From: a virus
Taxonomy: Duplodnaviria > Caudoviricetes
Reading direction: 5' to 3' (one strand)
Virus record (IMG/VR): IMGVR_UViG_3300033182_000318
Span: 1-56,842 of that record
DNA length: 56,842 nt
Shown here: positions 11,301-20,364 of the stretch, piece by piece
Numbering within the stretch: position 1 is the stretch's first letter
How the letters are laid out: every line of letters starts with the position of its first letter
Notes under the pieces: generated by a model
What the model was told of the DNA's origin: nothing
The model's database searches: none
Seen by the model: only the letters and a program-made list of their open reading frames with translations
Position numbers and translations under genes: made by a program

Positions 11301-11941
11301 AAGATATCAGGAACAGACATACCTACTACACGACCAGTACCTACTATTCTTAATGCTAGGTTTGTCATCATATCTTCAGTGGTAGCAAAGTTGTTACCTA
11401 GTTCAACGATAACTCCACCTAGCATTTTGAATTGGCTTTCAGGTAGTTGTGCGATTGAGGCTAATCTGGCTAAAGCAAAAGCAGCACCTTCAGATGACAT
11501 AGTTGTAGTTGCAGCCAATTTAGCTACTGTTTCTGTGAAATCAATTAATCCAGATTTACTGATACCTAGCTGACCAGCAACTTCACCTATTCTGTTTATC
11601 TCCTCTACTGCTATTGGTAATTCTTTTGATAAATCTCTAATACGCTCTGCTAAAATTTGAAACTCACCTTCAGTAGCATCTACAGTTTTTCTAACACCAG
11701 TAAAGCTATCTTCGAAGGCTCTAGCTGAAGTAACAACATCTGCGAAGTTTCTTGATATTGCTCTTACACCTAAACCAGCTATAAATGCAGCAGAAAATTG
11801 TCCACCTAATGTACGAGCAAACTGCACCACCATTGGTGCTTGTCCACGCATACCTGTTCTAAACTGTGTACCGAAACCAGCGAAACTTGGAAATATTTGT
11901 AATAGACCTGTTAAGCCAGACTTACCTATGTTTTCTGCCAT
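8330..11941 (-). CDS. Tape measure protein with C-terminal LysM domain
   Basis: 1203 aa, helical and Ala-rich; TP901-type FEDSFTGVRKTVD motif; LysM YTVKAGDTLGSIA...NPNLIKPGQIL. Confidence 0.9.
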   Translation of the reverse strand: MAENIGKSGLTGLLQIFPSFAGFGTQFRTGMRGQAPMVVQFARTLGGQFSAAFIAGLGVRAISRNFADVVTSARAFEDSFTGVRKTVDATEGEFQILAERIRDLSKELPIAVEEINRIGEVAGQLGISKSGLIDFTETVAKLAATTTMSSEGAAFALARLASIAQLPESQFKMLGGVIVELGNNFATTEDMMTNLALRIVGTGRVVGMSVPDIFAMSAAISQVGVRAELGGTALSRFLVAVQQATRTGGEQLNTLARVAGMTTADFRKAFEEDAALAVAAFLNGLNQMKEDGEDVFAVMEKLGLNAVRVRDVLLRSSQAAPEFFKALDLARAQEGIEDTGNALEIEFQKRVETTTSQLILMDNAINDLKISLGEAFLPAVKSVAQAVAGLTNAYNQGSIAIKMTIFLVRNLGLLLVSGVIGVMSYKAAFAVLKTTMQATSVSVLGLSASVKTLAASFSVALGVIGLIVAKIIQGQMETANFIDAVAELRANMSELTPEQKLNLLEQMLGDNPREKLKLLNDAGVDINTLFEAIKNGANSGDAFKIKTQIADLLKEIDESKAGLINGVSSIDDFNDALTRLGGTAAMRDAGNRAKADTARLLLGIIETIEENEPLLEAEVEALRQLGIDVGTKTGEGIEEGTGAIKSALDYFNTSIKDGLRDGFNAFSDIPEDIDTSIDEFIAQIVVKLQRQTDFEAALTGLAEAGLAGLVDVFRKEGTGTTKLIEEILADPDGMGRFIEMLIAENNPKFFLEVFGSALPPVFSEIEKEFEEAGGEIGSAFNSGMQKNILSQFGTDAQFFTAENIPLNFAKQLLDDKNINMTKDDLMTFYNRVFVNSDVKGEIDKITKNLAGDFVSEFDEQMQGFVDVVDFISARLSKLSANRGLVSATANLNRLLDEQANITNNLADAQKRVDELRERDAQRTAAEQLRIRDLTRKRDFLAKAVEEGQDATLELAVAEEELAQAVKDADAPTRELLDAEQQLTDLQKREKDLPNEIAEAVDNQAQATLRLANAEADLMTISQSLPNLTAQQVAFFTSIATSAGIATTQVDGLISKYTTLNSLSSTGAMTGGSYTVKAGDTLGSIANALGISWQDLYDKNKNIIGGNPNLIKPGQILGYKKGGFLPTGGMGVVGERGMELIQSTGSGTKITPIENSGMSLGGANVTVNVTGFPTDTIVARNIAENIRRELVKLEEEGRGGLLSR

Positions 11942-11971
11942 AACCTAATTACACAGGATAAATAAATAAAA

Positions 11972-12562
11972 TCAAGATAAGGATTGTTCTAAAATATACT
12001 TTCCTAATGGTGGATAAACACAGTTTCTTAATATCTGTCTTTTATCTTTTAATTTGGTATTGGCAATATAAATTTTATGATAGTTTTCTAAATCTGAAAT
12101 TTTATTAGACCATCTAATTTTGACTTCAGGAAAATCTTGTGGTTGTAATTCAAAGTTAGACCAAAATAAATGTCTTGATAATTTAGTAGCTTCTATTAGT
12201 GGTTGATAATAAGGAACAACATTTTCTACTAACCATTTTCCTTTAAAGTGATGTTTGAGAAATATTATTTCTTGATATAAAGTCATATCAGGATATACAG
12301 GTTCAGCACCTTTTTTTAATCCAACCATTTGTCTAATTTTACTATGAGTAGGACATGGTGGACTTGACCATATAAAATCGTATTCATCAAAATGTTTTAA
12401 TAAATAAGCGTGTGCATCTGCAACTATAACTCTATCTTGTGGATAAAAACTTTTATATACTTTGGCTATATCTTCTTTATATTCTACAGCAGTAATATCG
12501 TGTTCATTTGACCATAACTTTCTATTACCACCAATTCCAGAATATAGATTTAATATTTTCAT
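11972..12562 (-). CDS. DNA cytosine-C5 methyltransferase (short phage type)
   Basis: Motif I LNLYSGIGG, motif IV SPPC, motif VI ENV. Confidence 0.85.
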   Translation of the reverse strand: MKILNLYSGIGGNRKLWSNEHDITAVEYKEDIAKVYKSFYPQDRVIVADAHAYLLKHFDEYDFIWSSPPCPTHSKIRQMVGLKKGAEPVYPDMTLYQEIIFLKHHFKGKWLVENVVPYYQPLIEATKLSRHLFWSNFELQPQDFPEVKIRWSNKISDLENYHKIYIANTKLKDKRQILRNCVYPPLGKYILEQSLS

Positions 12563-12852
12563 ACTTTGTATAAAGTATATTTTAAAGTCAATTCTGATAG
12601 ACCTTTAATATCTTCTAAAGTATGTAAGTACCACCATCTACCAACTTTTACTATTTCACAATTTGGTTTGTCTGAATGATTAACAAAACCACCTAAAGGT
12701 GTTCTAACAATTTCTCCTGTTTCTAAATCTACAATATGTGATATGCCTAAAGTTTCTCCTTTAGGTATATCAGATAAAGTAAATAAACCTAGCCCTTCTA
12801 TCTTGCTAGGCATAATAGTTAAGTTATCAGGTAGTGGTTTATATTTTGTCAT
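12559..12852 (-). CDS. SET-domain protein (putative lysine methyltransferase)
   Basis: SKIEGLGLF, NHSDKPN and ELTLKY SET motifs in 97 aa. Confidence 0.8.
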   Translation of the reverse strand: MTKYKPLPDNLTIMPSKIEGLGLFTLSDIPKGETLGISHIVDLETGEIVRTPLGGFVNHSDKPNCEIVKVGRWWYLHTLEDIKGLSELTLKYTLYKV

Positions 12853-12911
12853 TTTTAATTAACCACCATGCTAGCCAATTAAGTGCTAGAAAAGACAAAA
12901 CCACTATTAGT

Positions 12912-13454
12912 TCATCCATATTGTTCCTCCTTCCATAATTTATGCCACTTAGATTCATTCTCCCAACAGTTTTGGCTTGATGACCAATCTCTCCATTGAG
13001 TTTTTCCATATACTTCCTCTGCTAATATAGAACTTGCTTTGATATTCCAATAAGCAGTTTTCTGTGCCTGAGCCATTTTAAAACCTACATTTGTTTTTGA
13101 TACTTCTTGTTTTGTATAAGGTCTGCCCTGATACATTACTACCCAAGTATTCCAGTAAGGTACATATCCCATTTCAGCTAACCAATTCCATGTCCACGGC
13201 ACAAACTGCATGACACCTGTATCGTTGTTTCCTTCAGCCGTTCTTACTACTTTATGATTTCCTCTACTTTCACACCAACCAATACGAATAGCAGTACTAA
13301 TATTTTCTTCTTCAAAAAATTCATAATATAGTTCAGCGTGTTGTTGCATAACTTCTGGAACAGTATCGTTACACTTCATATACATATCGATAATATGACT
13401 TTCATCCATTGAAGGAGAAAGCGTAGCTAAAAATATAATACAACTTGCTATCAT
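12912..13454 (-). CDS. Lysozyme-fold lytic transglycosylase with hydrophobic N-terminus
   Basis: CESRG catalytic Glu motif; GVMQF; NIKAS...W..W motifs. Confidence 0.7.
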   Translation of the reverse strand: MIASCIIFLATLSPSMDESHIIDMYMKCNDTVPEVMQQHAELYYEFFEEENISTAIRIGWCESRGNHKVVRTAEGNNDTGVMQFVPWTWNWLAEMGYVPYWNTWVVMYQGRPYTKQEVSKTNVGFKMAQAQKTAYWNIKASSILAEEVYGKTQWRDWSSSQNCWENESKWHKLWKEEQYG

Positions 13455-13464
13455 AGATTTAATT

Positions 13465-13776
13465 TTACATACGATATTCGTCTAGTGGTATCGCTTTTTC
13501 AGGTTTTCTTGGTTTTAATCCAAGACTTTGTCTTAACTTATCTTTAGCCCATTGATTTGGAGTTTGTGCTGCGGATTGTTTTTTCTCGTTTTCGTTCTCG
13601 GTTTTTTGATAAAGTATTCTAAAAAAAACACTTTCAGGTGGTAAAGCAAATAAAAGCCTACGAAATTTAGTCCATGGAAGTTTTAACGGACTATCAATGT
13701 TGTAAAAATTTAAAAAATCAGATTCGATATAAGCCCAAAATAGTAGAACATCATTGAAAGTCCAAGCTATTTTGGG
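13465..13776 (-). CDS. Frameshifted tail assembly chaperone extension (gpT-like), -1 frame
   Basis: Frame open from slippery CCCAAAA (13776-13770) to TAA at 13465: IAWTFNDVLLFWAYIESDFLNFYNID...LPWTKFRRLLFALPPES; missing from ORF track. Confidence 0.8.
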   Translation of the reverse strand, partial: PKIAWTFNDVLLFWAYIESDFLNFYNIDSPLKLPWTKFRRLLFALPPESVFFRILYQKTENENEKKQSAAQTPNQWAKDKLRQSLGLKPRKPEKAIPLDEYRM

Positions 13777-14150
13777 TTATCACCCGATTCCTTATCTGTA
13801 ATAACTTTTTCTAATGTTTCGTCTAAATCCATTTCAGGTGCAATACCATATTGTTGTAACAACCATGTAGCTAAATCATTTATTTGTTCCCAAGTTGCTC
13901 CAGATTCAACAATACTTTTTAAGTTTTGTTCACCTATTAATACTTCTAACCATTGAGGAATTTGGTTAGGCTCAATCATTGTATCTTCTGCAAAAAATTC
14001 CATCTGCTTTAATACAGCTTTTGCAGATATTTGAGCTGGTAATGAATACGAAATACCTTTGATGACAAAGACAATATCAGGTAAATCTAGTTCTTCTACT
14101 GCCTCATCAAAGTCTTTAAATTTAATTGGTTTGTCTGACATAACCTCCAC
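13767..14150 (-). CDS. Tail assembly chaperone (gpG-like)
   Basis: Follows major tail protein; ends in slippery C CCA AAA before TAG. Confidence 0.75.
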   Translation of the reverse strand: MEVMSDKPIKFKDFDEAVEELDLPDIVFVIKGISYSLPAQISAKAVLKQMEFFAEDTMIEPNQIPQWLEVLIGEQNLKSIVESGATWEQINDLATWLLQQYGIAPEMDLDETLEKVITDKESGDNPK

Positions 14151-14181
14151 TTACTCCTGTTCTGTTCAGTTACTATTTATT

Positions 14182-14766
14182 CTAAGCTGTTTCGTCTACA
14201 ATCTTGAATATGTCTGTACCGTTTGCACTATCACTAGCTGGTACTAACAATCTAAATTGAGCTGCTACAAGTGTTTTACTAGGTGCTTTTTGGTGTGCCA
14301 TTTGGATTGCTCCAACTGATACTGCCCTTGGTATTTGAACTTCTCTAACATAATCGTCAGAAGCTCCACCACCGCCACCTGGTGCTTGTACCCTTAGCAT
14401 GATAGACCACTCTGTGAAACCCGCAGTTGTTGGAGGAACAAAAGTCTTTAGATTGTTTACCGTATCTGTTGTTATTGTTCCGCCAGACATTGCATATTTG
14501 AGATTCTCCAATGTGGCTTGTGCTAATTCACCGCTTAGATTTATGGTTTGAGCTGTTTTATATATGTCGATTGGGTCGATTTCCTCTGCAACCATAATAT
14601 CTTCGAATGTTCGGTCAATCTCAAATGTCCAACCGTCTTCTGAATATCCCACATGTACCCAGTCTGATGCTGGGGTTGTGGATGGGTCTGAAGGGAAAGC
14701 AGTACCTTTAGCAGCGACATATAAATCGCCAGTACCAATCAAAACATCATCAACGCTTTGTGCCAT
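14182..14766 (-). CDS. Major tail (tube) protein
   Basis: IGTGDLYVA...WVHVGYSEDG motif; position after tail terminator. Confidence 0.8.
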   Translation of the reverse strand: MAQSVDDVLIGTGDLYVAAKGTAFPSDPSTTPASDWVHVGYSEDGWTFEIDRTFEDIMVAEEIDPIDIYKTAQTINLSGELAQATLENLKYAMSGGTITTDTVNNLKTFVPPTTAGFTEWSIMLRVQAPGGGGGASDDYVREVQIPRAVSVGAIQMAHQKAPSKTLVAAQFRLLVPASDSANGTDIFKIVDETA

Positions 14767-14793
14767 TGTCTAGCTCCTTCTTTCTACCTTGCC

Positions 14794-15015
14794 TTATTCT
14801 TCTTCGTCAGAAAAATAATCTTCTACTTCAATTAGGGGTTTACCATCACATATTACAAGTAAAGCAACCCCACTACTTTTTTTATTTTGAATAAGTTGCC
14901 AATCTTTCTCAGAAAGTTCAGCACTATCCCCTTTTTTTAATAGTGAACCATCAGGTAAAACAACCTGGTCTGTGTTCACTTCTGGGTTTATTTCTACTTG
15001 TAATTTAACTGTCAT
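14794..15015 (-). CDS. Hypothetical protein
   Basis: 73 aa ORF in neck/tail operon. Confidence 0.5.
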   Translation of the reverse strand: MTVKLQVEINPEVNTDQVVLPDGSLLKKGDSAELSEKDWQLIQNKKSSGVALLVICDGKPLIEVEDYFSDEEE

Positions 15016-15463
15016 TTAAACTCCTGTAGGTCATTGTAGCATCAAAATTATAACGTGCTAGTCCGATACCTTCTTCATCTATTCTTCTTACATTACTTGT
15101 TACTGTAAATCCATATATAACACCAGTTACTCCACCATCAGAAGTGTAAGAATTAGTTTTTTGTGCAAATGCTTCTTGCATAACTGTATTAGCAACACTA
15201 AAAGCTGTTCCATAATCAGGTTTATTTTTTGTATTATCTCCACCCCAATTACCTGCATACGCATCAAATTGAAAATCTGCTCTACCAATTAATGCTTCAG
15301 AATCATCTACAGAACCGCCTAATAAAGTTACAACAAGAAATGGTAATGTTGGTTCAATAGGTAAATTAGTAGCAACTCTTGTACTAATTAAATCTGTTAT
15401 TGAAGTTTTAGATAATGCCCATGTTCTTACTAAGATTTCTGAATCTGGTAATGAAGTAACCAT
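15005..15463 (-). CDS. Tail terminator/completion protein
   Basis: RVATNLP...LPFLVV...QFDAYA pattern and position. Confidence 0.7.
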   Translation of the reverse strand: MVTSLPDSEILVRTWALSKTSITDLISTRVATNLPIEPTLPFLVVTLLGGSVDDSEALIGRADFQFDAYAGNWGGDNTKNKPDYGTAFSVANTVMQEAFAQKTNSYTSDGGVTGVIYGFTVTSNVRRIDEEGIGLARYNFDATMTYRSLNDS

Positions 15464-15945
15464 TAGAAAACACCTTTTTTACTTTTCTGTATCAAACTAG
15501 CTAAACCTTTTCTAATATATCCTGAAGCTCTTTGACCATTAATAATTCCATATTTCCAATTAGCTGGATTTCCAACAGGTTTTTTTATTTCTGTAAACAA
15601 ACCACGTAAGCCAGTTCCATATTCTACGAAAGCCCAATAAGGAGCTAAATCAGCTCTTTTATTTTTAGGATTAGACGCACCAATAGAAATACCAGCAACA
15701 TACTTAGGTTTAATTCTTTGACCTTGGTCATAAATAGTTCCTACATCTTGTTGTGGGTCTAAAGGTAAAATAGAATCTCTTAATTTACCAGTATCAACAG
15801 GTACAAATCTTCGAACTTCTCTAGCTAATGTATTACTTAATTTTCTTAGAAATGCTTGATACTGAAGTGTATTTTCGAGAGCTGTTAATAAAGTCGGTTC
15901 GTCTATCTGAACACTAAATCCACCATCAAATCTATAAGTTTTCAT
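15463..15945 (-). CDS. HK97 gp10-like neck protein
   Basis: PVDTGKLRDSI and YWAFVEYGT motifs. Confidence 0.8.
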   Translation of the reverse strand: MKTYRFDGGFSVQIDEPTLLTALENTLQYQAFLRKLSNTLAREVRRFVPVDTGKLRDSILPLDPQQDVGTIYDQGQRIKPKYVAGISIGASNPKNKRADLAPYWAFVEYGTGLRGLFTEIKKPVGNPANWKYGIINGQRASGYIRKGLASLIQKSKKGVF

Positions 15946-16289
15946 AATGTTGTTGCCCTTTGCATTTCTACTCTTTTGTGATGATTAGAACCATCAAAAT
16001 CTCTTATTAAACGAACTGAATCAACTTCATAATATTTTCCATCATAAATAATTCTATCAAATTCATCTACATCAACGCTTGGGTCTACGACAGCTAAATA
16101 TCTTTCTAAATTTAAGTTTCTTGTTTTATCTTCATCATCACGAACTTCACGAATATAAGTTTTAACACCAGATTCGGTTGTAGACCAAGTAGAATTGGAA
16201 TTACCTCTATCATCAACACTAGAACCAGAAGATTTTTGTATGTCAATAGTTTGTTTTAAAACAGCTTTAATTGCTCTATCCATTGCCAT
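15942..16289 (-). CDS. Head closure (head-tail stopper) protein
   Basis: DDRGN...W; DRIIYDGKYYEVDSV; HH motif; position. Confidence 0.7.
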   Translation of the reverse strand: MAMDRAIKAVLKQTIDIQKSSGSSVDDRGNSNSTWSTTESGVKTYIREVRDDEDKTRNLNLERYLAVVDPSVDVDEFDRIIYDGKYYEVDSVRLIRDFDGSNHHKRVEMQRATTL

Positions 16290-16292
16290 ATT

Positions 16293-16745
16293 TTACCTCT
16301 GACCTGGGTCGTATAATTCTCCTCGCCTTCCTTCTCCTTCAGGATGGTCGTGCATTTCTAATTCAAAATTAGGTTGTACTAAACTACTATTTTCTTTGTA
16401 AGAATAAGCATCTCTTTGGTCTTTATCAATAGAAGCAGCAAATGGTTTTGCAGGTTTTATTCTCATAGCCATAGTTCTTAATGTATTAGCCATATTAAGA
16501 TAATTTTCAAATCTTTGCCTTTTAGCGATTGACATACCTTCTAATGTTGTAGATACATCTCTTGCAAATTTACCTGCTATTGTTTCACAACATTGTGAAG
16601 CAGAATAATAAACATTAGGTTGTTGAGTAATTACGTAATCTATTTCTTCGTCTGATAATAATTGGTCGTTTGTATCTGTATCGCCTATAAGAAGTCTGAC
16701 TTTATCTCTGTCAGTCGATACGTCTGAATTATATGTCCAAGTCAT
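16293..16745 (-). CDS. Head-tail adaptor/connector protein
   Basis: TWTY...DKVRLLIGDTD...LLSDEEI motif. Confidence 0.7.
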   Translation of the reverse strand: MTWTYNSDVSTDRDKVRLLIGDTDTNDQLLSDEEIDYVITQQPNVYYSASQCCETIAGKFARDVSTTLEGMSIAKRQRFENYLNMANTLRTMAMRIKPAKPFAASIDKDQRDAYSYKENSSLVQPNFELEMHDHPEGEGRRGELYDPGQR

Positions 16746-17037
16746 CTTCGCCTACTTCTGGCTCAGATACTTGCTCCCATGCTTCATTTACATCAGGAGT
16801 TGATGGGTCATCTGCTTTGAAAGTACCATCATTATTTTTTGCCCTTTTTTTAGCCTTTGGCTTCGGCTTTTCCTCTACTACTGGTTCTTCAATTTCTTCT
16901 ACAATAATTTCTCCAGCTGAGATAAGTGCTGGTAGATTAACAAATTCTTGAACGATATCAGCAGGAAGTTCATCACCATAGTCGAAAAGTTTTCCTTCCA
17001 TTTTGATTAACTTACCTGCTGTGTATCGTACTGTCAT
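16729..17037 (-). CDS. Hypothetical protein after capsid gene
   Basis: 102 aa; GTFKADDPSTPDVNEAW motif. Confidence 0.55.
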   Translation of the reverse strand: MTVRYTAGKLIKMEGKLFDYGDELPADIVQEFVNLPALISAGEIIVEEIEEPVVEEKPKPKAKKRAKNNDGTFKADDPSTPDVNEAWEQVSEPEVGEDDLDI

Positions 17038-17044
17038 GTTAGCC

Positions 17045-18022
17045 TTAACTTACACATCCACTAAAGAAGATACCTAAATCAGAGCTTACTAGCTTGGAAT
17101 CAAAAGCCATTTGACCTTCAATTCTATCTGATTCGGTTGCTTCCATTCGGAATCTTTTTATTCTAACACCTGCACCACCTGCACCTGAGAAACCAGTCCA
17201 AGCAAAGTGATATCCAGCAGACGGTTGATTTAGTCCTGGATTTGGATTTGAATACAATAATAACGCATTTTTACCAAATACGAAGCTGAAAGAATCAGTT
17301 GCCTGTTCCTCAGCAGTGTTTTCTATGGACATTGCAACCACAACTTTGTCCACACCGAACAATGAAGCCAAAAGGTCTGTTGAAACAATACCTTTTTGGG
17401 TGTACTTGATTCTATCAAGAATGTCAGCATGGTTACGCAAGGAGTTAAGAACTTCAGCACCAATAACAAGAACATTAGGCATATAACCTGTAGATTTAGC
17501 CATTACAATAGCTTGGTCTTGTATGTTCTGGATTGGAGTTGAGCCTGACGCATCCCATTGTTTAAATTGTCCACTTGATGGAGTTCCAGACACACCTGTT
17601 AAGTCTGTGTCCCAAATACCAGTAGTGAAATATGTGCTTGTCCAAATCTTTTCTCTTTTAAGGAGTAATTGATTTGTTACGAACATAGTTGCGTCTTTGT
17701 CCATGTTAATTGGACTATCGGCATTAGCTTTAGTTTGGTCATCCACATCTTTATGAACGGCATATACATCTGCATAATAAGTAGGTGTATTGTCGATTGT
17801 GAAACCAACTCCTTTAGATTCCGTTCCTGGTGCCCTTAAATCAGCTTCAGTACGAAACCAGTCGCCTTTGTTGTACTTAAAGTATCTATCGGATTGTTTT
17901 TGAACAGGAATTATCGGGAACACTGTACCTGCAATATACTTTTCAGCTTTTTGCATATAAGCGATAGAAATGTTTGTAAGTGGCTTATTAACGTGAACGT
18001 CAGAAGCTACTGGATTAGCCAT
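17045..18022 (-). CDS. Major capsid protein
   Basis: DVHVNKPLTNISIAY...VFPIIPVQKQSDRY; 325 aa; follows scaffold and decoration genes. Confidence 0.85.
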   Translation of the reverse strand: MANPVASDVHVNKPLTNISIAYMQKAEKYIAGTVFPIIPVQKQSDRYFKYNKGDWFRTEADLRAPGTESKGVGFTIDNTPTYYADVYAVHKDVDDQTKANADSPINMDKDATMFVTNQLLLKREKIWTSTYFTTGIWDTDLTGVSGTPSSGQFKQWDASGSTPIQNIQDQAIVMAKSTGYMPNVLVIGAEVLNSLRNHADILDRIKYTQKGIVSTDLLASLFGVDKVVVAMSIENTAEEQATDSFSFVFGKNALLLYSNPNPGLNQPSAGYHFAWTGFSGAGGAGVRIKRFRMEATESDRIEGQMAFDSKLVSSDLGIFFSGCVS

Positions 18023-18024
18023 AT

Positions 18025-18405
18025 CTATGCACCCCTTCCATAATTACCTAATAGGATAGTAGCAAGTTCCCCTGCTGCTGCTCCTTCTAATACAAGTCCT
18101 GCCGAATACTTTGTTGTATCTGTGCCAGCTGCAAAAACAGCAGCTTGACCGTCAGCAGAAGCGTGAACTAAATCACCAGCAGCGAGAGTTTCGTCTGCTT
18201 CAACTTTTGTGACGCCAGATATCATAACTGTTGCAGATTGACCTGCTGTTGGTTTGTTTTGCAACACACCTAAAACAATGTCTGTTTCTGCATCTGCTAA
18301 ATCAACTTTTCCATCAGATTCCATTGTTACAAATTGGAATTGATTTGAGGATAAGTCTTCACCAGCTTCAAAGGATAGTTTTTGCAATGGAATTTCGTAT
18401 GCCAT
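18025..18405 (-). CDS. Capsid cement/decoration protein (DUF2190-like)
   Basis: AGEDLS..QFQFV...GVLQNKP...G.ALE.A.AGE pattern; directly upstream of MCP. Confidence 0.7.
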   Translation of the reverse strand: MAYEIPLQKLSFEAGEDLSSNQFQFVTMESDGKVDLADAETDIVLGVLQNKPTAGQSATVMISGVTKVEADETLAAGDLVHASADGQAAVFAAGTDTTKYSAGLVLEGAAAGELATILLGNYGRGA

Positions 18406-19317
18406 TTAGCTCACCTTTCCTTCGAGATATCTTTGATACAATTCTGGGTTATCTAATAGAGCTTTTTCATAGGCTTGCTCGTAGGTAATGTCTTCAGTCA
18501 TAAGACTTTTAGCAATAGCTTCGATTTCGCCATTTGAATCTGACTCTTTAGAAGAACCAACTTCAGCGAAAAGTGAAGATTTTCCGATTGTAGCATCAAC
18601 ACCGTTAAGCATTTCCTCTAACATAGAAAATTCTTCATCTTCCAAAGTTCCAGCAACTTTTTTCAATAGAGATGCAAGAGCATCTTTTTCTATTGGTAAG
18701 TTACTGAATTTTCCAGCTTTATCCGCAAACTCTTTAGAAAGTCTAGCTTCCTTTTCAGCTTCAGCCATAGCTCTTGCTGATTCAGCATCAGCTTGTGCTT
18801 TAGCTACAAGTTCTTGGATTACTGGGTCTGCCGATTTTAGAATAGCATCTTCTTCTTCAACTTCCTCAACGGAAATTTCAGAAACTGCTTTTTCTAGCTC
18901 GGAGATTTTACTGTCTTGCTCCTCGGCTGTTGCCTCTAAAGCAGTAACAGTATCTTCCAGTTTTGATACGTAAGAACGTACTTCTTCTGGAGTTTCTTCA
19001 AGCATAGATGATAAAGTTTCTTCGTTTAAGTTTTCACTCATGCGAATTTCTCCTTCTTCTATTTCTACTTGATTGTTTAAGGAAATTGTATCAACTTCCT
19101 CAACACCTGCAAATTCTGAATCGCCAGATTTATGTAAAACGACAGTAGCTAACTCATTAGCTGGTCTTCCTACTAAACTGACTTCGTCAAAAACCATATT
19201 TTGTAATCTTTTAGCAAATGGTAATTTATTTTTTTTCTTTTTCTTCCTACCATCTAACTCATCAGTCATAGCGTCTTTAGCACTATACTCTTGATTATAT
19301 TTTTCTACTTCGCTCAT
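18406..19317 (-). CDS. Capsid scaffolding protein
   Basis: Acidic coiled coil; N-terminal EVSLVGRPAN motif; C-terminal YEQAYEKALLDNPELY. Confidence 0.65.
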   Translation of the reverse strand: MSEVEKYNQEYSAKDAMTDELDGRKKKKKNKLPFAKRLQNMVFDEVSLVGRPANELATVVLHKSGDSEFAGVEEVDTISLNNQVEIEEGEIRMSENLNEETLSSMLEETPEEVRSYVSKLEDTVTALEATAEEQDSKISELEKAVSEISVEEVEEEDAILKSADPVIQELVAKAQADAESARAMAEAEKEARLSKEFADKAGKFSNLPIEKDALASLLKKVAGTLEDEEFSMLEEMLNGVDATIGKSSLFAEVGSSKESDSNGEIEAIAKSLMTEDITYEQAYEKALLDNPELYQRYLEGKVS

Positions 19318-19633
19318 CTTTAAAAATTACTGTGTCTGCAATTCCTTCATAACTTTTTTTAAATGTACTAACCATAATAGGCTTCTTTCCATCACGTGCA
19401 ACTTGGGATTCAGCTTTACGCTTTCTTCTAATAGCACTGCTCTTTTGTTCTGATGACATTCTTGAAGCTACTCTAGCTGGAACACACTTTGGATATTTTC
19501 TTTGATAATCTCTAGCAGACATTCCTTCAGTTGGTCTACCACAAGCAGCATATCCACCACCAGCTTTTGGTCTGGATATATCTACCCATTGTTCTTTAAA
19601 CCATCTTCTAAGCCCACCTTGATATTCAGCCAT
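19295..19633 (-). CDS. Basic phage protein
   Basis: GGLRRWFKEQWVD...CGR...YPKCVP motif. Confidence 0.6.
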   Translation of the reverse strand: MAEYQGGLRRWFKEQWVDISRPKAGGGYAACGRPTEGMSARDYQRKYPKCVPARVASRMSSEQKSSAIRRKRKAESQVARDGKKPIMVSTFKKSYEGIADTVIFKDERSRKI

Positions 19634-19836
19634 TATCCTCCTATTTTAAATAATAACTCTGTAAAATTAGTTTCTAACATATCTAGTTCAGCATTCATCT
19701 CCATAACCATTGCATCACAAGCGTTCTGATGTGATTTAATTTCTTCTATTGAGTTAAATACCCAACCAAATGCACCAAGCATAGCTGATAACACTACAGG
19801 TATAATTGTTTTGGTATCTATTTTTATTTGTGACAT
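19633..19836 (-). CDS. Small membrane protein
   Basis: Single hydrophobic segment; translationally coupled. Confidence 0.5.
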   Translation of the reverse strand: MSQIKIDTKTIIPVVLSAMLGAFGWVFNSIEEIKSHQNACDAMVMEMNAELDMLETNFTELLFKIGG

Positions 19837-19843
19837 TTTTCTC

Positions 19844-20038
19844 CTACATTAAATTCTGAATTAAAGCACTTAATGCAGCCAAAGCTACAATCCAACCACT
19901 TAATTCCGCTCTTGATATTTTTGAATTAACTTTCTCGTGAAGTTCATCTATCCTTTTGTTTATTTTCTCCTGTCCATCTAAAACCATTAATAACATTTCT
20001 TTTTGTGTCATTCCGTTAGTGTTATTATTATTAGTCAT
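19844..20038 (-). CDS. Small coiled-coil/membrane protein
   Basis: C-terminal hydrophobic segment. Confidence 0.5.
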   Translation of the reverse strand: MTNNNNTNGMTQKEMLLMVLDGQEKINKRIDELHEKVNSKISRAELSGWIVALAALSALIQNLM

Positions 20039-20273
20039 TGTGGCTCACAATATTAAAGGCTTGATTAACTTCTTCCCAAGTCAATTTTCCGTCTTCTAAG
20101 TATTTTCTGGCTAAGATTTCTAAAACATTTGCTACACCAAGAAAACCAGCTAAAATAGCTGATTTATAAACATCAATCCCCACTAAACTTCCTGCACCGA
20201 TTACGCTTAATGCTTGTGCTATAAAAACTGCAACCATACGTTTACTTATGTTTTTATACAATTCGTAATCCAT
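20031..20273 (-). CDS. Putative holin-like membrane protein
   Basis: Two hydrophobic helices; likely start is internal Met (MDYELYK) rather than 20333. Confidence 0.5.
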   Translation of the reverse strand: MDYELYKNISKRMVAVFIAQALSVIGAGSLVGIDVYKSAILAGFLGVANVLEILARKYLEDGKLTWEEVNQAFNIVSHND

Positions 20274-20364
20274 AAGGATATGTTTAACAGAAAAAAAATT
20301 AAAAAAAAATTGGTTTTTTGTAAAACTTTTCACCTATATAGGTAGAAGAAAAAAGCTCTCAGTT

